Below, piece by piece: positions 48,752 to 60,188 of a DNA stretch of 64,000 bases. Each line of letters starts with the position of its first letter. The stretch's first letter is position 1. A model generated the notes under the pieces. It made no database searches. It saw only the letters and a program-made list of their open reading frames with translations, and had not been told where the DNA came from. Position numbers and translations under genes: made by a program. This stretch comes from Camelus ferus (lineage: Eukaryota). The stretch is taken from positions 18,478,001 to 18,542,000 of the forward strand of contig NC_045697.1 of the NCBI RefSeq assembly GCF_009834535.1. Direction: 5' to 3'.

Positions 48752-48784
48752 TTGGAGGGGGGCAGATGGGGATGTAATTCCCTC
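48752..48784 (-). mobile_element. 33-bp insertion, probably a vestigial vic-1-like SINE
   Basis: Perfect 15-bp direct repeat TGTGGCCAATATCTT at 48737-48751 and 48785-48799; insert reads GAGGG-AATTACATCCCC-ATCTGCCCCCCTCCA on minus, compare SINE start GGAGGG and tail AATTACCTCCCC. Confidence 0.55.
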
Positions 48785-50660
48785 TGTGGCCAATATCTTG
48801 ACCTCTGTACAAAATACAAAGTTGGCATGAGACATAAGAAGGACCACTGCCCCTTCATGCCACCGCTCCCTGAGAGGAAATAGACCAGATAGTTGTAGAA
48901 GCCATTTCTAGACCCACAAGTTACTGACTCAACAAAATAAGGTTTTTCCAACACTATTAAATATCCAAGAAGCTATCCAAATATTTTTATGTGCCTTTGA
49001 ACATTCCTTCTCCTTGACCTTAAAGGCTTTCTTAAACTTATCAGCTCCTCCATCTGAAGGCCTGCCATGGCCTTTCTATTATTATCTCCAATTTCTGGGG
49101 TGGAGGTGGTGGGTAAACTGTTGACTGAGGTGCAGGGGAACTATGGGATCATCTAAATGGAAGACTATTCCACTGTTAGAACATGGTACACCCAAATGCC
49201 TGCTGCACACAAAGGCTATTTATAAGAAGTCTGATTTTCAACTTGGATTTACAGTGAAATTTGAAACAGAAAGAGCAAAATTCCAGATTGAAGAAAAATT
49301 ACAGCTGGAAAAATAGTTTTAAAATAAGAAAACCAAGAAAGCCTTCCAAGTAGTTACTCAATTTGGGAATTTAAGGAAGGCAGAAGTTTGTGTCCAAGAG
49401 GAAACTGCTTTGGGGACATAGAAGAATGGAAATTCCTGCCTTCAGCCTATTTTTGTAGCCCTGTCTTCAGCCACACACACACATCTGAATTAGAGAAGGC
49501 ATTCCTCTCCGCTGCTTCCAATAAGGCACACGCCAGCAGAGGCCTCTGGTCACACCATGGACAAGCGTAGGCAAAAGCTTCCAGCGGTGAGAGTTTGTGG
49601 ACTGGAGATATTAATTTGCCCCTGGCTGTTGGCCCCAAGCAAACCTTCCTGCCTGCCTGCTTATGCCTCCAATGTGCACACAGCATGTAGCTCCAGGTCA
49701 CTCAGGAGCTGCGTGTTTGAGCAGGAGGAGTCATACGTACAGTGGATAGAAATCCTCTCCCTGGACCCTTCTTACTTTTCTGAAGCGGGAAGAAGCTTTG
49801 AATTCATGGTTAATAACTGCCCAGCATAGTCATTTGCTATCTGGAGGCAACAGAGTTTAACTATGTGATAGCAAACATGTGGGATGGATCAACGCTGCCA
49901 CGCCTCACCCACCTTCCTGGGGCAGACATTACTAACCCAGCAGAGCCCTCTTTGAGCAAAGACTGAACTTCAGAGAATCCTTCTCAACCCAACAGTCCAG
50001 GCTGCCATCACCAATTAGAGTTGGCAAGTGGTTTTAAACTTATTTGCTAGCCCCATGGTAGAGAGAAAGAAAGAAAAAAAGAAGAGCAGAAAGGAAAGTA
50101 ACATTTACTAAGCACCGAGTACCACATAGTGGCATACTGGAGGGCGGGGAAGTCTGCCCCGAGGAGAGGGGTGTATATATCACTGTAGTGATAATAAAAA
50201 CCAGACTGTCACCGGCTTTATATTGTGCTTAACTTCTCCGCAGACAATGCACCCCTTATGGTCTGCACCCTGGCTGGACTGCTCCCACCGTGCACAGCTA
50301 GAATTGTGAACCACCAGTGACCTTTCCGCAGAGCTTGCCTCTGAGAACCACCTGGTGAGGCAGCAAGGAACTGGGGTCAGAGGAGCCATCCTTTCATCCC
50401 TGTTCTGCACGTCATTGTGGGCGAACTGCACTTCAGTTTCCTCATTTGTAAAGTGCGGACAACAAAGCTGTCCCTTTCTTAGTGTGCGTAACAAGGGTTA
50501 GCAGTTATGCAATTGTGAAAGAACACAGAGCCTCGCATACAGTATGCATTTTTAAATATCAGAGTTTCTTTTTTCCTTAAATTACCAACTGAACTGGACT
50601 GCGCTTACCTGACTTTTAGGTCATTATGGTAATAGTTAAAACAATTCATAACATACCAAA

Positions 50661-50851
50661 TAAAGCTGTCAGATTTAGGGAAAAAAAAGATACCAAGTTC
50701 AATTTGAATTTCAGATTAAAAAAATAAATATTTTCAGTATATGTATTTCTTAAATATTGCATAGGACATACTAATACGAAAAAATTATTCATTTCTTTAA
50801 ATCTGAAATTCAAATTGAACTTGCTGTCCTATATTTTATCTGGCAACACTA
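50661..50851. mobile_element. MER53 palindromic MITE
   Basis: GTTCAATTTGAATTTCAGATT (left) is the reverse complement of AATCTGAAATTCAAATTGAAC (right); ends TTTTATCTGGCAACACT; matches the recalled MER53 consensus. Confidence 0.85.
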
Positions 50852-51169
50852 ACATCAAATCTGGAGGTGTGGGGTGAATAGAGAATAACTCTTCTGAGAT
50901 AAAAATGTCATACTGGAAGGAATGCTTCTCGAAGTGGATGATTTTCAAACTTCCTTCAACCACGTTCTACAGCAAGAAGTACATTTTGCCTCCTAATTCA
51001 ATACACACATACAGATGTCAATTAACTGAAATAAACATTTCATGAAAACTTTTCTGTGTACAGTGCAGTCTGGCATTTTCTATCTTCTTCATCCTACCAG
51101 GTTCTAATTCTTTTTTTTTTTTTTAATTCCTGATCCAACCTCACTTCATTGATTTCCTGACCCCCAAGG

Positions 51170-51499
51170 CAGAGGTCAGCAAACTATAGCCCAAGGGCCA
51201 AATCTACCTAGCCACCTGTTCTGTGTATGGCCAGTAGGCAAAGAAAGGTTTTTATATTTTTTAAATGGCTGGAAAAGATCAAATGAAGAATGCTATTTTA
51301 TGACATGAAAATTATATGAAATTAAAACTTCACTGTCCATAAATAAAATTTTATTGTTACCCAGCCACACTCACTGATTTATGCATTGTCGATGATCACT
51401 TTCTCATTATTATGACAGTTTAGAGCTGTGTGTTGAATATGACCCACAAAGCCTTAAACACTAATTTGTCCCTTTTCTGAAAAAGTGTGTCTACTCCTG
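51170..51499. mobile_element. MER58B (hAT-Charlie), apparently nested in an older Charlie-like relic (~50935-51548)
   Basis: CAGAGGTCAGCAAACTATAGCCCAAGGGCCAAATC...CCATAAATAAAATTTTATTG...GAAAAAGTGTGTCTACTCCTG. Confidence 0.75.
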
Positions 51500-52187
51500 T
51501 TCGAATGGCCTAATGGTTTGCAACCTGCAGTTTGGAATGCTTTGCTCTAAACAGGTGTCTTGAAAGTATCTATTTCTATTCATGTGTGTGAATCTCTGGT
51601 CAACCTGCTTCTTCTTGGTTCCTCATAAGATAAACCCCAATGAACAGACTCTGGCCAGGAAACTAATTTTTGGCTGCCCTAAGAGAAGGGTTGGATTCGG
51701 TCAAGGCTCAGACTTAGAAAGAGTTGAGAGGGTTCACCTACCATGAAGCCCAGTCACCTGCGTCATCGAGTGCTCCCAGAGAAAGGAAGGTTACAGAGAA
51801 GCTGGAGAACAGAACATCCAGCTCTTGACCTGGAGCCATGTGAGCTCTTGACTCTAGCACAGAGTTTAGAGCTTCCAGTGTGAAGGTTTGTGATTTGCAG
51901 GGCCAAGTGTAGTGGAATCTAAAGGCTGACCACCTAGTAACATCAAGTGTATACTATACACAAGAAAATGGAGAGAGAAGAAAGACTGGTCACTCTGGCT
52001 AGAGAGAGAGGCAAGGGAGAGACTAGAGGCTGACCCATCCCTGAGGGGCCCAGTCCCTCGCCTTCTCTCTCACCTTGTGATTTTCAGGGGTGTGAATAAT
52101 AAATCCCCGAGACAGACATAGGGGGCACCAAGATCTGGGAAGACTTGTGCTTTGCTCTCAGCGAGGGAGGACCTCACAGATAAGTAT

Positions 52188-52386
52188 CAGCAGTCCGCAA
52201 ACCACAGCCCCAGGGCTAACATCAGTGCGCTACCTACTTTTGTAAATAAAATTTTATTGGAACAAAGCCATGCCCGCTCATTCGCAAAGGGTCTGTGGCT
52301 GCTTTTGTGTGACAATGTCAGAGTTGAGGATTTGCCTAAAATGATTACTGTCTGGCCCTTTGCAGGACCTAGTTTGTTGACTCCTG
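52188..52386. mobile_element. MER58A (hAT-Charlie)
   Basis: CAGCAGTCCGCAAACCACAGCCC...TTTTGTAAATAAAATTTTATTGGAACAAAGCCATGCCC...AGTTTGTTGACTCCTG. Confidence 0.8.
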
Positions 52387-53217
52387 TTCTGTGTGCTGTG
52401 AAATAGTGGAGAAGACAAGGCACCAGAGCAATGCAAGCAGAGGGGCCCTGAGAAAGCCCTCTGGCCCACAGCCAGAAACATATGGGAGAGCATCTAAAAG
52501 TTCCCCTTGCTCCCCACTTTCCCCTAAATGCGCACACAATGGCAGACCCAGGCAGGGCTTGAAGTTGGGACAAGGAGGATACGTTTGAGATGCCAAGCTT
52601 TTTAACAGCTGAGACCTGGATGCCAAGTATGGCTACCGGGGGCCTGTATGAATAGATGCCAGTGGGCAAAGACCAGACCTGCATCGGACCAAAGATGCCA
52701 TGGACTGGCCACCCCCACCCCTTCCTCAGGGAAGGGTCCCCCAGCACCCAGTATTTACACTGAAACAATCCCAAGCTTCCAAGATCTTAGCTGAACTCCA
52801 AGAAGAAGGGAAGGGGAGGAAATGTTGAATTAAGCCACTGAAACCCGAAATAAGTGAATGAACACCAAAGAGATTTGACTCTGGAAGTCCCTAGATATTA
52901 AGTTTCCTGCCACTAGCAGAATGTGGGCTTACATTAGAAATTAGGTTACAGAAAAATGAAGAGAGTTACACTCCGTGAACAGCAGAAGAACAGGAAACTG
53001 ACTTTGCTGCTTCAGGAAGCTGGAACTTCATTCACAGCAATTCAGGAGACCGCAGCAGTCAGGTGCCCACGGCTCGTGGCTCAGTGACTCTATACTGAAT
53101 TCTTTTTCCTTCTACTTCTTCCTAGGATAAGACCATTTAAACTGGTCCCAATCTCCCAGAGATTTTCCCCATCCTACCTTCAACTTGAGAGAGAAATCCT
53201 GTGCAAGCTTACGTTTT

Positions 53218-53236
53218 CACCAGTAGGTGGTGCTAA
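53218..53236 (+). promoter_or_regulatory. Candidate CTCF site
   Basis: CACCAGTAGGTGGTGCTAA closely fits the CTCF core CCASYAGRKGGYRC. Motif match only. Confidence 0.45.
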
Positions 53237-53579
53237 CATGGAGAGTGTTGGTCCTCATTATCTGATGATGAATTAGCCAGACACTAATTAAAGTTCCCTT
53301 CATTGACTCTTTCCTCTACCACACATTTGCTCTGGTCTAATTGAACCTTGTTATTAAGTAGGCCCTGAGTGGTTTTACCCCAGGCAAACTCGTCCTCTCC
53401 AGAGTGCTACATTGGAAAGAATTCGAGTCGGGAAACACGCAATATGAATTTGGGCTGTCCCACTAACGAGATGAATTGGCCAAGTCACTTAATCTTTCTA
53501 AATCTTAGGATCTTCATCTTTAAAATCCATGAGTTGGACTTGAGTTGAAGCCTTGTTTTCCACGTTTGAAAATCAATTT

Positions 53580-53840
53580 GACAACCATAGTGAGACAGTG
53601 CTTTTCACCCATCAAATTAATAAATTTTAAGAAAAACTCAAGCTTTCAAGAAAAAGGCACTTTGACACATTGCTGTGGGGAATGTAAACTGGTACAGACC
53701 TTCTGGAAGGCAATTCAGGAATGAGTAGCAAAAGTCTTAAAAATGTACATACGCTTTGCCCACCAATTCCTCAGCTAGGAATTAATCTTAAAGAAATATA
53801 TACAGACATGTGCAAAGACATAGCTAAAAGAATGTCAATA
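53580..53840 (+). mobile_element. Very old L1 (L1ME-like) ORF2 relic
   Basis: TTTTCACCCATCAAATT...GGGAATGTAAACTGGTACAGACCTTCTGGAAGGCAATT...CAATTCCTCAGCTAGGAATT. Confidence 0.65.
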
Positions 53841-54032
53841 AAGCAGGGCATTTTTGCTTCTCTGGGGGCTGAGTGTATCTTTGTGAACTAGTTTCTGAAC
53901 CTTTATATCATCCTTAGCACTACATTACGATACACGTGTAAGGCAACAAAGTGTTTAATCGTATAAACAGAGACAGAAGTAGAGCCTAGGATTTCTTGAA
54001 TGTTTTTATGTGCCTGGCACCATGCTAGAGAG

Positions 54033-54120
54033 GTTTGGGGTGGGGGGGGTAATTAGGTTTATTTATTTATTTTGATGGAGGTACTACATGTGTGCTCTAC
54101 CACTGAGCTATAACTTCCTC
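54033..54120 (-). mobile_element. vic-1-like SINE lacking the B-box segment, inserted in a MIR
   Basis: GGGGTAATTAGGTTTATTTATTTATTTTGATGGAGGTACT-ACATGTGTGCTCTACCACTGAGCTATAAC; TSD CTAGAGAG at 54025-54032 and 54121-54128. Confidence 0.85.
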
Positions 54121-55650
54121 CTAGAGAGTAAGTTCTTTCTTTAAATATTCTTACACTAACCCTGTGCAAAAGGTATTATTAATCCTATTTTATAGACGGA
54201 GAGAATCTGAGGCTCAGACAGGCTTCTTTCCAGACATGCAATGCTTGTAGCTGGAGGAAGAAATGTCTCTTCCGCTTTATAAAGACCAAGTTCCCTGGGG
54301 GCTGAAGGAAAACTTGCCCTGTGATGGGGGTAAAGGGAGAGGGATTCAGTGTATATGTGGACTTTGATCGTGTCTGAGAATTGGATCTGGGCTCTGTTCA
54401 GAGACTTTAAGGAAGGATTGTAATTTCAAAGATTCTCACAATTCTTTGTGCTGCTAAAAATCGAAACTCAAATTGGTCTGTGGGGGCTAGGGCTTTCTTG
54501 TTGGGAAAAAGCACTTAATTGGGCTTTTATCTGTACAAAAGGAAATTCCATTCTGGACTGGGAAAGTCTGGACAAGGGACCCTTACGTTCTGTGTATACC
54601 AAAGTAGAAAGAGTGGGGAATTGTTCCAATATTGATGGATTTGGGGCTTCTTCTGGTGGGAGGGAGGGAAGAGGATATTGGGTCTCACCATTGGGGATGA
54701 AAGACACAGTCAAGTGGACTCTTGTGTAGAGGTGAGGAGGGAACAGGCTGGACTCTGCAATATGCTAGGAGCCTGAAAATCAAGGAAGACTGGCAGGGAC
54801 TGTGTGGCATGCGATATGGCTCAGGAACTTGGGTGTGGTCATGGCTGGCTCTGAGCTTAAATTTCCCTTATGTGCACTGAAATTCCTTCATATTTTAAGT
54901 CAAGCCAGAAAGCCTCATGTTAACATTGCCTTGGAGGTAAAGGGAGGCGCTGAGTCTACTGGGGTCAGGGACACCATTCAGATGGTAACCACCAAGACTG
55001 TGTCTACAGTCCTTGGCAGAGCCCTGGATTTCCTGAAGTCTTACAGCTTGGAAGCTGGAGTTATTTTATCTGCATATTTTTTAAAAGGGTGACCCTGAAG
55101 GTTGTCGTAAACTCGGGGACACGTGAGTTCTGTCGTTCTTCTGTTTCAGGGAAGGAGACTTGCGCTGGTTGACAGGGCAGCTGGAGCCATGTAGCGGGAT
55201 GCCTTTTAACAGGGTTCACCTGTTGTGGGGCCTCGGCCTGACCACAGGCACTTGGCTGCTGGCTGCAGACTAGGTGATTACAGCATTAGATCATGCTTAT
55301 AATGGGAAAAAGGCTTCTCCTCTCCAGCTGACTAATCAGCTTGCCATTTTTATTGCACAATCTGTATCTAGAGACAGTGATTCTGAATTCTGTCAGCATC
55401 CCGAGTGTACACCAGCCTGACAGAAAGAATAGCTATATTAGCAAAGAGAGCAGGTGGAGGGATTTGCAAAGTTGCTAAGAAGGTCAAGACAGCTTGGTTT
55501 CTGGAGGCACAGGAAGAGGCTGCCGCTCCCACTAGAACAAGACAGGTTACTATGAGAGAGCTCCCATGCGCCAAGCCCTCCATAGGCGCTGCACACTTGC
55601 CTTTTTCTTCTTATTTTAATGTCAAAAGTATCTCATGCTCATCTTCAATC

Positions 55651-56107
55651 TGTTTTAGTTTCCTAGGGCTGCCGTACAAATTACCCCAAACTTGGTGGCC
55701 TAGAACAGCAGGATATTATTCCCTCCCTGTTCTGGAGTTTAAGCGACCAAAATCAAGGTGTCGGCAGGGCCATGCTCCCTCTGGAGACTCTCGGGAAGAA
55801 GTGTTCTCACCTCTTCCAGCTCCTGGGGACTCCAAGGAAACCCTTGGAGTTCCTTGGCTTGTAGCTACATCACTCCAATCGCTGTCCCCATCTTCACATG
55901 GCCTTCTCTTCTCCTTCCATGTGTCTCATATAAGGGTGCTCATCATTGGATTTAGGGTCCACCTGCACAGTCCAGGATGGTCACATCTTGCAATGCTTCA
56001 CTTAATTACATCTGCAATGATCTTTGCCAAATAAGGTCACATTAAAAGGTACTACAGGTTAGGATGCAGACATTTCTTTTCGGGGGGCCACCAATTGAGC
56101 CACTACA
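55651..56107 (-). mobile_element. MaLR solo LTR (MLT1C-like), near full length
   Basis: TGTTTTAGTTTCCTAGGGCTGCCGTACAAATTACC...AAATCAAGGTGTCGGCAGGGCCATGCTCCCTCTG...AAATAAGGTCACATT...CACTACA. Confidence 0.85.
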
Positions 56108-56374
56108 ATAATTAACGGAAGAATTCAAAGATGGGGATAAGGAAGGGACAAGATTTTGGAAAACTTTGCAGTGTATTTTCCACTTTCAATAGTCTCCTAT
56201 CTCTTCCTGCAGCTCATCCTCATTTTTTTGCCTCAGGAAAAGGAGAGCAAATACCATAAAACAGAATCAAAGGAGGATAAAGGGGTAAAGGGATAACACA
56301 GGATGGAAGGACAGAAAGGGAAGGGCGCCCTCCCTCTCCCAGGAGAGGTAAGAAGAGACGAGGGGAGGAGGAAG

Positions 56375-56698
56375 GCTCTCCGAGAGCTCTAGGGGAGAAC
56401 CCTTCCCTGCCTCCTCCGAGCTGCGGCTGCCACTTGCCAGCAATTTTTGGCCTTCCTCGGCCTGTAGACTCATCACTCCAATCTCTGCCTCTGTCATCAC
56501 ACGGTGTTCTCCCTGTGTACCTGTGTCCAAATTTTTCTCTTCTTAGATGTACGCCAGTCGCTGGATTAGGGCCCACATTAATCCAGTATAACCTCATCTT
56601 AACCTGATTACATCTGCAGAGACACTTTTTCTAATAAGGTCACATGTGCTGGTTCTGGGTGGACATAAATTTGAAGGGCTACTATTCAACCCAGTACA
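56375..56698 (-). mobile_element. MaLR LTR (MLT1C-like), partial
   Basis: GCTCTAGGGGAGAACCCTTCC...CATCACTCCAATCTCTGCCTCTG...GATTACATCTGCAGAGAC...ATTCAACCCAGTACA. Confidence 0.85.
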
Positions 56699-57342
56699 GG
56701 GGGAAGTTCTTTGGAGTCAAAGTACAACTTCTTAATAACACAAGAACTTGAACAAGTTCTAAAGTGCAAACGGCTTGTGTGTACAGAGCCCTGCTAACAT
56801 GTCCAGTGTCCTGTGAATGTGGTGAGACAGGGTGGGCACAGAGCTGGGGCTGGAATGTTGACAGAAATCTCGGGATCCATCCAGATTCTACCCCGCTTCC
56901 CCGCTCAGCTCATCGAGTCACCAATCACTGCGTTCGGGTCTCCTCTCCTCAGCATCACGGGATCACTTCTTCTCCAAAGATCATGCCATCGATTTCCTCA
57001 CCTGAGCAGCATCAACATCCTCGGAAAGGAATTTCTTCACCTCCGGTCTTGCTCTCCAGTCTGTTCTGTAACCTTCAGCCCAAGTGATCTCTCCAAGTTA
57101 AAATTAAGTCCATGCAAAGCCAGCTCATTGCCTCCAGGGCACAGTCCAAGGCTGTTGGCTGGCACACCAAGTCTTCTGTGACCAGCTCCTTGCTTCCCAA
57201 CCCGGCCTCAGCTCTCGCCACATCCCCCACCCTGTGTCCTGTCATCCTGGTGGTCCTCAGGCCCCAGCATGCCCCCCAACACCTCCTTGCCTTCCGTACC
57301 TGCTCCTTCAGTCGCATGTCTCCTTCCCTCCCTCCATTACAG

Positions 57343-57796
57343 GTATGGGGGTTGCATAGTGAACCCCGGAAAGATACCCCCATGTCCTAACTAAGGACCT
57401 AAGAATGTGACCTTATTTGGTAATAAGGTCTTTCCAGCTGTAATTAACTTAACGATCTCAAGATGAGACCATCCTGGATTCCCTGAGTGGACCTAAAACC
57501 AACGGCAGGTGTCCATATAAAGCCTGTGGCACAGAGATACTCGGAGGGGAAGGCCATTTGAAGACAGAGGCAGAGATTAGAGAGATGCAGCCACAAGCCA
57601 AGAACTCCTAGAGCCACGAACCTGGAAGAGGCGAGGAAGGATTCTCCCCTTCCCGGAGCCTCCAGAGACAGCGCAATCTTGCCAACATCTTAATATCGGA
57701 CTGCTGGCCTCCAGAACTGTGAGAGAATAAATTCTTATTGTTTCAAGTGATCCAGCTTGTGGTAATTTATTACAGCAGCCCAAGGAAACGAACACA
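57343..57796 (+). mobile_element. MaLR solo LTR (MLT1C/D-like)
   Basis: GAATGTGACCTTATTTGG...GAAGACAGAGGCAGAGATT...GGCCTCCAGAACTGTGAGAGAATAAATT...ACAGCAGCCCAAGGAAACGAACACA. Confidence 0.85.
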
Positions 57797-59317
57797 CATG
57801 GGTTACCCTCAAGGTCTCCTGGAAAGCTGGGAAGGTGGCTGATGTCACAAGGGTACCTAGATAAGAGGGTGAGTAGGGACAAAAGCCAGCTCACACTTGA
57901 CCAGCCAAGCCATGTGCCCTGCATGAAACTGCCTCTTGCCAGAAGTGGCACTTTTCTCTTGTTCACCCAAAGGCACCCACTGGGCCAGCAGCAGCCCTAA
58001 TTCTTAGGTGTTCTTCAGGGTTCTGCTCAGGGGCTATTCCTGCAGGAAGCCTTCCCTGATTCACACAGCCTCCCTCAGACCAGCTGGGCCCCTTCACCTG
58101 CTCCAGCAGCTCCTGATCATGTTTGTCCTGCAGGAGGACAGGAGTTTGTTCACATTTCTGTCCCCTCCCCTAAATCTAGGAAGCAACGATGTCCTTATTC
58201 CTCCCTTTCCCCTATATCTACCCCATAATAGGTGCTCAAAGGAGACATTCAGCCTAAGTGAGCAGGAGCACTCAATGGGGCTTTAGTAAGCTTGAGGCAG
58301 TGAGAAGTCACGGTCAGCAGGGGAGGAGCGGGATGCTGTTCCCAAAGGGTCCCGAATAAAGGCAATTTCATGCACATCACGATTTTTGCCTAAACTAGCC
58401 ATCAAACAGAACTGAAAACCAGACTTAAACGGAGAGCATCACCAGGACACTAACATTTTACAGATGCCATATCTGATCTTGTGTCTTTATCTTTCCCTTA
58501 ATTGAGGCATCAGTGCCTAAGGATGTTTCCATTTGGGCCAAACACGTGCTCCACGCGTCCAAGGGGACCCCATACTGCATTCCATGCAGACTCACACATG
58601 AGCTCATGCAAGTCCCAGGGTGCTCATCTGGTCCAGATTTGAAGGAAACTATTTAGCTGGATGAAGAAAAGCACATCATGTATCAAGTTAATACCAAACA
58701 GATTTTATGATACACTGAAACTGCTTTTGATAATCTACTAATATATCAGAAGGGCTAATGAACTAAAAAAGAACCAGCTAATCATCACATCTTTGAGACC
58801 TGGACAATGTTTATGTGGGCTGCAGGGATGACAGAAAGACAAAAAGATGCAGGGAGCTTTAGGGAAATTATCCAAAGGGTCCCATGAGAAGCAATCTTGT
58901 TTCTTGTAGCAAGAGGTATATTTTGCCAATTTATGAACATAGGCAATTTTTTTTTCTGGCTCAAAGTCAGGGTGGACTTTTCCAGAGATGAAAAAGGACC
59001 GTGGCCTGGCCGTTCTCATCCTTGCTAAGCATGGTGGCCGTGGATGCTACTGAGGGAAGGAGTCAAAGCTTGGTCATCTCGCTTGGGAATATCTGAGCCC
59101 ATTGGTGGTTTCCTCGTCGGTGTGAGTTGCCCTCTCAACTACCACTCAACCACAACAGAAAAATGGGGGGAAATGGGGATTACAGTGAAAAATTAGCAAA
59201 GAATTTTTGGCTGCTAGCAAAAAACCAACTGCAGTTGGCATATGGAAAAAGATAATTGGATAATTGTAAGCAAAGATATTGGAGAGATTAATCCAATGAA
59301 ATGGAGAATCAACATAC

Positions 59318-59407
59318 CTTGGGAAAGGCAAGGACCGTGACAATTCAGCGTCCTCAGCAGCGGGAGCTGGCATTCATGGGACAACTTCAAGTTCTGAGTG
59401 ATCAGTT
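59318..59407 (-). other. Candidate 90-nt internal exon, product unknown
   Basis: Acceptor CTTCTCTCCTCCCAG|AA, donor CAAG|GTATGT; length divisible by 3; only the phase-1 frame is open (LITQNLKLSHECQLPLLRTLNCHGPCLSQ). Confidence 0.25.
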
Positions 59408-60067
59408 CTGGGAGGAGAGAAGCTGATTGCTCAGCTTGGGTTGGATCGGCATGGATTACTCCACTAAGAGCAGGGGCAGGTGGTCCTCAGGCAGGGTGAT
59501 CTCTGTAAGCCAGCGACCAGTGGAATCAGTATCTACCTACCTAAAGAACATGTTAAGAAGGTTTTAAGGCATATGGGAATTTTAAGTTTCTATGTCTGCT
59601 TGCATTTTTTAGTGCAGAGTGTTCAGCTGGGTGTTTGGGGAAGAATCTGGTATTGTCCCTGGATGGGGGATGGTATTTGGAAACTTGTGGAATTATATTG
59701 GGCTGTCTCGATATCTTGGGAAGGGAAGGGAGAAGAGAGAGGCATTAATGACCTTCAGAAGGTAGGGAGCCAGAAAGCCCAACTTCTTTCAATGTCCCAC
59801 TGAGAAGCACTGCATTAAAGTAATCACAGGCCGTTCCTGGCTAAATCTGTATGAAACGCACATCTTCCAGCTGACAAAGAGAAAGGATGTTACTGTTTGT
59901 GTTTGCTTTTGTTTTGAGATAGGTCATTGCTCTTTGGGGGTGTTTTTATTTTATTGTATTATATATTTAACACAACCAAATCATTTTGTTGTTATTGTAT
60001 AAAGAGACACATTTTCTAAAGTGCCAAGAAAGGACTGGAGGACATTTTTCAGAGTAAAACCAGCCTT

Positions 60068-60188
60068 TTATTTTTTAAAAAAATTTAGTTACTTTTTGAG
60101 TTTTATTAATGGAGGTACTAGGGATTGAACCCAGGCCCCCATGCATGCTGAGCACATACTCTACCACTGAGCTACACCCCCACCCTCC
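60068..60188 (-). mobile_element. vic-1-like SINE with extended G-rich leader
   Basis: ATGGAGGTACTAGGGATTGAACCCAGG...CTCTACCACTGAGCTACACCCCCACCCTCC; perfect TSD AAACCAGCCTT at 60057-60067 and 60189-60199. Confidence 0.92.

Noticed and set aside
55405..56034. 209-aa ORF (likewise 52187-52774 and 42967-43539)
   Set aside because: Non-ATG starts, and they read largely through MLT1, MER58 or L1M repeat sequence.
58969..59040. Minus-strand GCCACCATG Kozak-like start
   Set aside because: Opens only ~21 codons (MLSKDENGQATVLFHLWKSPP) with no other support.
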